A stretch of DNA of 64,000 bases from NCBI GenBank assembly GCA_951406725.2, contig OX597817.1, forward strand, positions 24,552,001 through 24,616,000, written 5' to 3'. The notes under the pieces were generated by a model that searched no databases, was not told the origin of the DNA, and worked only from the letters and a program-made list of their open reading frames with translations. Position 1 is the first letter of the stretch, and every line of letters begins with the position of its first letter. This document shows, piece after piece, positions 12,031 through 22,600 of this stretch. The position numbers and the translations under genes were made by a program. This stretch comes from Octopus vulgaris. Lineage: Eukaryota.

Positions 12031-12310
12031 GCAATGCTTTCTTCCTTTGTCAACACAATACATGCATATTGTGTTGATGAAGGAAGAAAGCATATGTTTT
12101 GCATTAATCCAGAAACTGGAATCAATTCACAATTAACATGAGATCTTTATAAGTACTTCAAGCATGCTGGAGACAGGTTGTTTTCACCCTGTCTCCCTTG
12201 ATATAATCATATACATATGTAAATTATTAATTTAATGTATTAATTAACTATAAATTTTTATAGCATACTGACTACTTGATAAAAATCATTAACATGATTT
12301 TTATCCTTAA

Positions 12311-12933
12311 GTGGCTGTGTGGTAAGTAGCTTGCTAACCAACCACATGGTTCCGGGTTCAGTCCCACTGCGTGGCATCTTGGGCAAGTGTCTTCTGCTAT
12401 AGCCCCGGGCCGGCCAATGCCTTGTGAGTGGATTTGGTAGACGGAAACTGAAAGAAGCCTGTCGTATATATATGTATGTATATATATATGTATGTGTGTG
12501 TGTATGTTTGTGTGTCTGTGTTTGTCCCCCTAGCATTGCTTGACAACCAATGCTGGTGTGTTTATATCCCCGTCACTTAGCGGTTCAGCAAAAGAGACCG
12601 ATAGAATAAGTACTGGATTTACAAAGAATAAGTCCTGGGGTCAAGTTGCTCGACTAAAGGCAGTGCTCCAGCATGGTTGCAGTCAAATGACTGAAACAAG
12701 TGAAAGAGCATATATATATGTGTCTGTGTTTGTACCCCTAGCATTGCTTGACAACCGATGCTGGTGTGTTTACGTCCCCGTCACTTAGCGGTTCGGCAAA
12801 AGAGACCGTTAGAATAAGTACTGGGCTTACAAAGAATAAGTCCCGGGGTCGATTTTCTCGACTAAAGGCGGTGCTCCAGCATGGCCGCAGTCAAATGACT
12901 GAAACAAGTAAAAGAGTAAAAGAGTAAAAGAGT
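12311..12933 (+). mobile_element. SINE family A with tandemly duplicated 3' half
   Basis: Copy 12311-12708 is followed directly by a second microsatellite-plus-3'-half (12709-12933) ending (GTAAAAGA)n. Confidence 0.9.
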
Positions 12934-13058
12934 ATATATATATATATATATATATTTTCAATAGCTGGAAATCTGAAGCTACATTTGAATTTCATAAAAC
13001 ATTTGGTAATAAGTTATCAGATGATTATGAAAATTAATGAATAAAATTTACATACCCC

Positions 13059-13094
13059 GGTGCAGGTGTGGCTGTGTGATAAGAAGCTTGCTTC
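13059..13094 (+). mobile_element. 5' head of a split old SINE family A copy
   Basis: GGTGCAGGTGTGGCTGTGTGATAAGAAGCTTGCTTC; the rest of the SINE resumes at 15720. Confidence 0.85.
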
Positions 13095-13594
13095 TGGTTC
13101 CGGTCGTTAGTGTTCTTCACTGTACCCTTGAAGTCGTCACGCTGGTGTGCAGCTGGCGAAAATTGAATACCTAAGACGCTCTACCGTAAGGTAAGACTTT
13201 CTGCTTTTTGAGTCCAGTAGGATTTGTTACCTATAGGTCTTATTTTTTTTGTACAAGCAAGGAGTCCTTACTGGATTCGGAGCTTTTTGTCTGCCTTGCG
13301 GTGGAGACGTGTGCGTTCTCTCACATAATTGTGAGAAATTGTTTAATTCTCATTTGATTATTGTCCAGGAGTACTTTTTGGCCGAATATTAATTTCTTTA
13401 CTAGCATTTGAACTCTCTTTTCACAGCTATCATTTATTTTTTAAAAAAAGAACTTTAGTGAACTATTGTTTTTATTTTTTCTTCCCTTTTGTTGTGTCTT
13501 TCCTTCTTTTTCTGTGTATCTTTTTTTATTTGAAGCCGTATTGTGAACTGTATTTGAACTTTTTTAAAAAAAAGAATGGCAATGGAATTAGGAA

Positions 13595-14401
13595 TTGATA
13601 CCTTCCAAAACATGGATAAAGGAGCTCGAGGGGAGGACGGTGGTGTTGAGGACTTGTTCAGAGTCACTTGATGCCATAGCCATCTTCCTGAGGGTCACAA
13701 TTCTGAAGGAGCTGGCAGAGTACATGCCAGCCATTGAATTTATTTCACGGGGAGTCGGGATTGCAACGGTCTGGTTGCTGTTTGACTCCCCACAGGAAGC
13801 TTGCGATTTTGCGGGTCGGCCCCTGGAGGGCAAGGAAGTTATGTTTCTTCCCAGTTATTGTGGGAAGAAGCTGATGAGGGCTTGGGTCTGTGGTTTACCA
13901 CCTGGAATTGAGCCCGAGTGGATGGAGGATTCTATCCACTGGGGTCTGGGTGGTGGCAGTGCCGAGCTGCTTAACGTGAAAATTTTGCCTGCGGCTGATT
14001 GGGAGTGGTCAAAAGCTGTTTTGATCCGGTGGACCCAGTCGGCCCAGAGTCTGGTTTTTCCAGATTTTTTTAGGATGGCCGAGTCTAGGTATCCGGTGAT
14101 GCGCGAGGGACGCCCTTCCAAGTGTCATCTGTGCCTGGAGACCGGTCACATCGGGAAGAGCTGCCCCAGGGACCAAAATAGGATCCTGGAGCAGTTGATG
14201 GAGGAGTCGCTCCCTGCTCCTTCAATGGAGGGAGGGGGGAGGAGGGTGACGAGGAGGTTTCCACCTCCTCGAAAAAACGAAAGCGAAAGGTGCCCACCGA
14301 AGGACTCGAGGCTGCGGGAGAAAAGAAGGACACCAACCTCCCGCGGCCCAAGGGTAAAAGAAAAGAAAAAAGAAAAACGGGACATTGCCGGCGGGTTGTG
14401 A
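13595..14401 (+). CDS. gag/ORF1-like nucleic-acid-binding protein with CCHC zinc knuckle (L1/Tx1-type ORF1 architecture); probably frameshifted near its start
   Basis: 268-codon GC-rich ORF; CHLCLETGHIGKSC = CX2CX4HX4C at 14123-14164; basic tail; upstream ATGGCAATGG (13576) is one base out of frame. Confidence 0.7.
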   Translation: MIPSKTWIKELEGRTVVLRTCSESLDAIAIFLRVTILKELAEYMPAIEFISRGVGIATVWLLFDSPQEACDFAGRPLEGKEVMFLPSYCGKKLMRAWVCGLPPGIEPEWMEDSIHWGLGGGSAELLNVKILPAADWEWSKAVLIRWTQSAQSLVFPDFFRMAESRYPVMREGRPSKCHLCLETGHIGKSCPRDQNRILEQLMEESLPAPSMEGGGRRVTRRFPPPRKNESERCPPKDSRLREKRRTPTSRGPRVKEKKKEKRDIAGGL

Positions 14402-14810
14402 CACGCCGCCAGCGTCTCCCTATTCTTCTTCGGCGGGTGTGCCGCTGGAGGAGGAATTTGTAGTCCTCTTTCACAAGGGAGGAACTGTGCAGAATGAAAT
14501 TTAAAAAATTGAAAGGAAGGGCCAGTGGGAGGGGCTTCTGTCCTGCACGGGGGACCCTGAGTGGCCTTCGCAGGTGGCTGCGGAGGTCTTATGGGATAGT
14601 GATCTGTGCAGGATAACGAATTCCTTCCCAGCGGACTCCTATAGATATATGGCCAAGTGGTCTGGCTTGGAACCGAATAGATGCTTCAATGAAGCAAGGA
14701 GCCTGGTTGGACGAAAAACTTGAAGTATTGAACGTTTGGACTCAAAAAGAGTCTACAAAATGTAAAAAAAAGTGAAAGGATTATTGCCTCGTGGGTGTGT
14801 TTTTTCAATA

Positions 14811-14940
14811 TTGAACAATGTACGAGGTTTATAGCCTCATTGTGCTTCAAAAAGGAAAAAAAAAGAATTCTGAACTATATAAGAGGTTTATCGCCTCATT
14901 GTGTTTTTTATTAAAAAAAAGGAGGAAAAAAAGAACAATG
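14811..14940 (+). repeat. about 60-bp imperfect tandem duplication in the E1 3' region
   Basis: GAGGTTTAT(A/C)GCCTCATTGTG followed by an A-rich run occurs twice. Confidence 0.8.
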
Positions 14941-15100
14941 TTTTAGAGAAGCGAAAGTCGGCGGACGCTTTTCGTCTTCTCCCATCCTAATCATCCTTGC
15001 ATCATTATCATTCATCCCATTAATGTCTGTGTCCAGCCCGCAAGCTTCTCTCTGTGTGCTGCCCTTGTGGCAAATTAAATGAAATAAAGAACCTTGCTTC

Positions 15101-15705
15101 CGGTTGAACAGTGAGAAAAAAGAAGAAAAACAGAGAAGGTTGTCGAGGTAGGTGATTTTGTTTGTTGTGAGCTGGGCATAATTTATTGCGTGTGAATTAT
15201 TTTTTCAGTAAATTGTGCTCAGCTCTGGGACAATTCCGCCTGCTCTCGGCGGCTGCTGTTTTTGTACATCGAGAATTTATTGAATTCAGTTTTGGTGGGG
15301 CGTATCCTCGCCCGAATAGAACATGTTGCTGTTGCAGTTACCGTTGGCTGTAGCCAGCATTGTGTTTGAATTTGTGGATTAATTTACCAATTAACGGACA
15401 AAAAAAATGATTTATGCCAAGGACCCTATCCACATTAGGCCGGGATTACCTGTTGGCCGGGAGATTGGATTTTTGCCGTGTGAACTGTTTTTCTATTTTC
15501 CGTTTATCCTTCCTGATTTTCTCTTTCCTTTTGAACTATTAATTAATTTTTGGACTTACTTTGTTTTATTATTTTTTTTTATACCTTTTTTACATTCTCT
15601 TTGAACTTTGAACTTTTTTTAGAAATTTTAAGACTTTCTTTTTTTGCACATGGCAAAAACACAAGCTTCTCTGTATAAGGCCTATATGGCCAATTTAATG
15701 AAATA
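15101..15705 (+). mobile_element. element E2: non-coding relative of E1
   Basis: Bounded by target copies 15087-15100 and 15706-15719; shares TGAACT motifs, ATGGCA and the 3'-terminal 45 bp with E1. Confidence 0.7.
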
Positions 15706-15719
15706 AAGAAGTTTGCTTC

Positions 15720-16018
15720 TGAAAAACATGGTACCAGTTACAGTTTCATCACATGGCACCATGAGCAAGTGTTTTCTACTAAAGCCTTGAGCTGACCAAA
15801 GCCATGTGAGTGGTTTTAGTAGACAAAAACTCTGTGTGTGTGTGAGATTGTCTCTCTCTACTGCTTAACAATCAGGGTTAATTTGTTTACATCCTTTTTT
15901 ACCACTGGTTTGGCAAAAAGAGACAACAGAATATGTACCAGGCTTAAATAAGAAATTAGTATGGTGATTGATTTATTTTACTAAATATGGCCTGAGTCCA
16001 TTGAAACAAGTAAAAGAG
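15720..16018 (+). mobile_element. remainder of the split SINE family A copy
   Basis: ACATGGTACC...CATGGCACC...GCAAGTGTTTTCTAC...GACCAAAGCC...GAAACAAGTAAAAGAG, collinear with family A. Confidence 0.85.
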
Positions 16019-16249
16019 AAAATCAAATGTATATGTAAAAAATGAGATATCTAACAATACAGAAAAGAAGGAATTACTACTCAGAATAGCTGGCGGAACT
16101 TATCAGGATATTGAAAATTGACAAGAAAAATCCAGCCTCAATGTCTGAGATAAGTTAAGATTAATTTTTTGGATCATTAGCACCATAAAAGATAAACCAA
16201 ACGATTGGTAGAGTAGATGTAAATATTAAATATTTTCCATCCTTAAACC

Positions 16250-16465
16250 TTACGCCTTTAAACCAACCATATCTGGTCAAATATTGTATCAGTTTTATGT
16301 CCAAACTGACCAGATTTGCCTCTTACATCTACCCTTTAAAGTTATTCTAAAAATTTTAAGTCATATCATCGTAATCTTGAAGCTTTGAGATGATACTCAT
16401 GAGTGAAACATGATTACTTTTGAATGCAAAAAATTACATTTGACAATAATCTGAATGCTAAAGGG
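16250..16465. mobile_element. degenerate piggyBac-type MITE
   Basis: Right end GCTAAAGGG|TTAA is clear; left end is eroded. Confidence 0.4.
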
Positions 16466-16628
16466 TTAAAGATAAGGTTAACATAGAAAAAAGAAAACAA
16501 AATATTTTTAAGACAAATTTTATAACATTAAAATATTAAATATCTAATATCCTAAACTGATATTATATTTAATCATTTCAATTCCTTATTTAATTTTTCT
16601 TTCTTCTATATCTTCATACTGAAAGATA

Positions 16629-19600
16629 TATATTGCCATACTGTTGTGACCATCAAATTGTTCTTTTTGAGTCTTTCCCATGTCTGCTTTATCCTCTAAA
16701 TTAATTTTTGAATACATATTGCCATATGCCATACTGTTGTGACCATCAAATTGTTCTTTTTGAGTCTTTCCCATGTCTGCTTTATCCTCTAAATTAATTT
16801 TTGAATACATATTGCCATACTGTTGTGACCATCAAATTGTTCTTTTTGAGTCTTTCCCATGTCTGCTTTATCCTCTAAATTAATTTTTGAATACATATTG
16901 CCATACTGTTGTGACCATCAAATTGTTCTTTTTGAGTCTTTACCATGTCTGCTTTATCCTCTAAATTAATTTTTGAATACATATTGCCATACAGTTGTGA
17001 CAATCAAATTCTTCTTTTGAGTATTTCCCATGTCTGCTTTATCCTCTAAATTAATTTTTGAATACATATTGCCATACTGTTGTGACCATCAAATTGTTCT
17101 TTTAGAGTCTTTCCCATGTCTGCTTTATCCTCTAAATTAATTTTTGAATACATATTGCCATACTGTTGTGACAATCAAATTCTTCTTTTTGAGTCTTTCC
17201 CATGTCTGCTTTATCCTCTAAATTAATTTTTGAATACATATTGCCATACTGTTGTGACCATCAAATTGTTCTTTTTGAGTCTTTCCCATGTCTGCTTTAT
17301 CCTCTAAATTAATTTTTGAATACATATTGCCATACTGTTGTGACCATCAAATTCTTCTTTTTGAGTCTTTCCCATGTCTGCTTTATCCTCTAAATTAATT
17401 TTTGAATACATATTGCCATACTGTTGTGACCATCATATTGTTCTTTTTGAGTCTTTCCCATGTCTGCTTTATCCTCTAAATTAATTTTTGAATACATATT
17501 GCCATACTGTTGTGACCAACAAATTGTTCTTTTTGAGTCTTTCCCATGTCTGCTTTATCCTCTAAATTAATTTTTGAATACATATTGCCATACAGTTGTG
17601 ACAATCAAATTGTTCTTTTTGAGTCTTTCCCATGTCTGCTTTATCCTCTAAATTAATTTTTGAATACATATTGCCATACAGTTGTGACAATCAAATTGTT
17701 CTTTTTGAGTCTTTCCCATGTCTGCTTTATCCTCTAAATTAATTTTTGAATACATATTGCCATACAGTTGTGACCATCAAATTGTTCTTTTTGAGTCTTT
17801 CCCATGTCTACTTTATCCTCTAAATCAATTTTTGAATACATATTGCCATACTGTTGTGACCATCAAATTCTTCTTTTTGAGTCTTTCCGATGTCTGCTTT
17901 ATCCTCTAAATTAATTTTTGAATACACATTGCCATACTGTTGTGACCATCAAATTGTTCTTTTTGAGTCTTTCCCATGTCTGCTTTATCCTCTAAATTAA
18001 TTTTTGAATACATATTGCCATACTGTTGTGACCATCAAATTGTTCTTTTTGAGTCTTTCCCATGTCTGCTTTATCCTCTAAATTAATTTTTGAATACGTA
18101 TTGCCATACAGTTGTGACAATCAAATTGTTCTTTTTGAGTCTTTCCCATGTCTGCTTTATCCTCTAAATTAATTTTTGAATACATATTGCCATACTGTTG
18201 TGTTGCCATACAGTTGTGACAATCAAATTCTTCTTTTTGAGTCTTTCCCATGTCTGCATTATCCTCTAAATTAATTTTTGAATACATATTGCCATACTGT
18301 TGTGACCATCAAATTGTTCTTTTTTAGTCTTTCCCATGTCTGCTTTATCCTCTAAATTAATTTTTGAATACATATTGCCATACAGTTGTGACAATCAAAT
18401 TGTTCTTTTTGAGTCTTTCCCATGTCTGCTTTATCCTCTAAATTAATTTTTGAATACATATTGCCATACAGTTGTGACAATCAAATTGTTCTTTTTCAGT
18501 CTTTCCCATGTCTGCATTATCCTCTAAATTAATTTTTGAATACATATTGCCAGACAGTTGTGACAATCAAATTGTTCTTTTTGAGTCTTTCCCATGTCTG
18601 CTTTATCCTCTAAATTAATTTTTGAATACATATTGCCATATAGTTGTGACAATCAAATTGTTCTTTTTGAGTCTTTCCCATGTCTGCTTTATCCTCTAAA
18701 TTAATTTTTGAATACATATTGCCATACAGTTGTGACAATCAAATTGTTCTTTTTGAGTCTTTCCGATGTCTGCTTTATCCTCTAAATTAATTTTTGAATA
18801 CATATTGCCATACAGTTGTGACCATCAAATTGTTCTTTTTAGTCTTTCCCATGTCTGCTTTATCCTCTAAATTAATTTTTGAATACATATTGCCATACAG
18901 TTGTGACAATCAAATTGTTCTTTTTGAGTTTTTCCCATGTCTGCTTTATCCTCTAAATTAATTTTTGAATACATATTGCCATACAGTTGTGACAATCAAA
19001 TTGTTCTTTTTGAGTCTTTCCCATGTCTGCTTTATCCTCTAAATTAATTTTTGAATACATATTGCCATACAGTTGTGACCATCAAATTGTTCTTTTTGAG
19101 TCTTTCCCATGTCTGCATTTATCCTCTAAATTAATTTTTGAATACATATTGCCATACTGTTGTGACAATCAAATTGTTCTTTTTGAGTCTTTCCCATGTC
19201 TGCTTTATCTTCTAAATTAATTTTTGAATACATATTGCCATACTGGTTGTGACAATCAAATTGTTCTTTTTCAGTCTTTCCCATGTCTGCTTTATCCTCT
19301 AAATTAATTTTTGAATACATATTGCCATTCTGTTTTGAACAATCAAATTGTTCTTTTTGAGTCTTTCCCATGTCTGCTTTATCCTCTAAATTAATTTTTG
19401 AATACATATTGCCATACAGTTGTGACAATCAAATTTTTCTTTTTGAGTCTTTCCCATGTCTGCTTTATCCTCTATATTAATTTTTGAATAAATATTGCCA
19501 TAAAGTTGTGACAATCAAATTGTTCTTTTTCAGTCTTTCCCATGTCTGCTTTATCCTGTAAATTAACTGTAAGTCCTTATTGTCATACTGTTTTGACTAT

Positions 19601-22600
19601 CATATTGTTCTTTTTCAGTCTTTCCCTTGTCTGCTTTATCCTATAAATTAACTGTAATACATATTGCCATACTGTTTTGACCATCATATTGTTCTTTTTC
19701 AGTCTTTCCCTTGTCTGCTTTATCCTGTAAATTAACTGTAAGTCCTTATTGCCATACTGTTTTGACCATCATATTGTTCTTTTTCAGTCTTTCCCTTGTC
19801 TGCTTTATCCGGTAAATTAACTGTAAGTCCTTATTGCCATACTGTTTTGACCATCATATTGTTCTTTTTCAGTCTTTCCCTTGTCTGCTTTATCCGTAAA
19901 TTAACTGTAAGTCCTTATTGCCATACTGTTTTGACCATCATATTGTTCTTTTTCAGTCTTTCCCTTGTCTGCTTTATCCGGTAAATTAACTGTAAGTCCT
20001 TATTGCCATACTGTTTGACCATCATATTGTTCTTTTTCAGTCTTCCTTGTCTGCTTTATCCGGTAAATTAACTGTGAGTCCTTATTGCCATACTGTTTTG
20101 ACCATCATATTGTTCTTTTTCAGTCTTTCCCTTGTCTGCTTTATCCGGTAAATTAATTGTAAGTAATTATTGCCATACTGTTTTGACCATCATATTGTTC
20201 TATTTCAGTCTTTCCCTTGACTGATTTATCCGGTAAATTAACTGTAAGTCCTTATTGCCATACTGTTTTGACCATCATATGGTTCTTTTTCAGTCTTTCC
20301 CTTGTCTGCTTTATCCGGTAAATTAATTGTAAGTCCTTATTGCCATACTGTTTTGACCATCATATTGTTCTTTTTCAGTCTTTCCCTTGTCTGCTTTATC
20401 CGGTAAATTAACTTGTAAGTACCTTATTGCCATACTGTTTTGACCATCATATTGTTCTTTTTCAGTCTTTCCCTTGTCTGCTTTATCCGGTAAATTAACT
20501 GTAAGTCCTTATTGCCATACTGTTTTGACCATCATATTGTTCTTTTTCAGTCTTTCCCTTGTCTGCTTTATCCGGTAAATTAATTGTAAGTCCTTATTGC
20601 CATACTGTTTTGACCATCATATTGTACTTTTTCAGTCTTTCCCTTGTCTGCTCTATCCGGTAAATTAATTGTAAGTACTTATTGCCATACTGTTTTACCA
20701 TCATATTGTACTTTTTCAGTCTTTCCCTTGTCTGCTTTATCCGGTAAATTAACTGTAAGTCCTTATTGCCATACTGTTTTGACCATCATATTGTACTTTT
20801 TCAGTCTTTCCCTTGTCTGCTTTATCCGGTAAATTAATTGTAAGTACTTATTGCCATACTGTTTTGACCATCATATTGTACTTTTTCAGTCTTTCCCTTG
20901 TCTGCTTTATCCGGTAAATTAATTGTAAGTCCTTATTGCCATACTGTTTTGACCATCATATTGTTCTTTTTCAGTCTTTCCCTTGTCTGCTTTATCCGGT
21001 AAATTAACTGTAAGTCCTTATTGCCATACTGTTTTGACCATCATATTGTTCTTTTTCAGTCTTTCCCTTGTCTGCTTTATCCGGTAAATTAACTGTAAGT
21101 CCTTATTGCCATACTGTTTTGACCATCATATTGTTCTTTTTCAGTCTTTCCCTTGTCTGCTTTATCCGGTAAATTAATTGTAAGTACTTATTGCCATACT
21201 GTTTTGACCATCATATTGTTCTTTTTCAGTCTTTCCCTTGTCTGCTTTATCCGGTAAATTAACTGTAAGTCCTTATTGCCATACTGTTTTGACCATCATA
21301 TTGTTCTTTTTCAGTCTTTCCCTTGTCTGCTCTATCCGGTAAATTAATTGTAAGTCCTTATTGCCATACTGTTTTGACCATCATATTGTACTTTTTCAGT
21401 CTTTCCCTTGTCTGCTTTATCCGGTAAATTAATTGTAAGTACTTATTGCCATACTGTTTTGACCATCATATTGTACTTTTTCAGTCTTTCCCTTGTCTGC
21501 TTTATCCGGTAAATTAATTGTAAGTACTTATTGCCATACTGTTTTGACCATCATATTGTACTTTTTCAGTCTTTCCCTTGTCTGCTTTATCCGGTAAATT
21601 AACTGTAAGTACTTATTGCCATACTGTTTTGACCATCATATTGTACTTTTTCAGTCTTTCCCTTGTCTGCTTTATCCGGTAAATTAATTGTAAGTACTTA
21701 TTGCCATACTGTTTTGACCATCATATTGTTCTTTTTCAGTCTTTCCCTTGTCTGCTTTATCCGGTAAATTAATTGTAAGTACTTATTGCCATACTGTTTT
21801 GACCATCATATTGTACTTTTTCAGTCTTTCCCTTGTCTGCTTTATCCGGTAAATTAATTGTAAGTCCTTATTGCCATACTGTTTTGACCATCATATTGTT
21901 CTTTTTCAGTCTTTCCCTTGTCTGCTTTATGCGGTAAATTAATTGTAAGTACTTATTGCCATACTGTTTTGACCATCATATTGTACTTTTACAGTCTTTC
22001 CCTTGTCTGCTTTATGCGATAAATTAATTGTAAGTACTTATTGCCATACTGTTTTGACCAACATATTGTACTTTTTCAGTCTTTCCCTTGTCTGCTTTAT
22101 CCGGTAAATTAATTGTAAGTACTTATTGCCATACGGTTTTACCATCATATTGTACTTTTTCAGTCTTTCCCTTGTCTGCTTTATCCTGTAAATTAACTGT
22201 AAGTACTTATTGCCATACTGTTTTGACCATCATATTGTTCTTTTTCAGTCTTTCCCTTGTCTGCTTTATCCGGTAAATTAACTGTAAGTACTTATTGCCA
22301 TACTGTTTTACCATCATATTGTACTTTTTCAGTCTTTCCCTTGTCTGCTTTATCCGGTAAATTAATTGTAAGTACTTATTGCCATACTGTTTTGACCATC
22401 ATATTGTTCTTTTTCAGTCTTTCCCTTGTCTGCTTTATCCGGTAAATTAACTGTAAGTCCTTATTGCCATACTGTTTTGACCATCATATTGTTCTTTTTC
22501 AGTCTTTCCCTTGTCTGCTTTATCCTGTAAATTAACTGTAAGTCCTTATTGCCATACTGTTTTGACCATCATATTGTTCTTTTTCAGTCTTTCCCTTGTC

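Larger units (their letters stand above)
13095..15086 (+). mobile_element. element E1: non-autonomous retroelement carrying only a gag/ORF1-like gene
   Basis: Bounded by AAGAAGCTTGCTTC (13081-13094) and AAGAACCTTGCTTC (15087-15100); T-rich leader, CCHC ORF, 3' stem-loop then GAAATAAA; no RT or endonuclease motif seen. Confidence 0.75.

Noticed and set aside
13455-14474. Several minus-strand ORFs over E1
   Set aside because: Antisense shadows of a GC-rich ORF with no recognisable motifs.
16629-19557. Minus-strand 54-nt exon plus 32-nt intron reading of the 86-bp unit (KDKADMGKTQKEQFDGHN repeat)
   Set aside because: A 32-nt intron is implausibly short, there is no pyrimidine tract, and the acceptor is lost in most 85-bp units.
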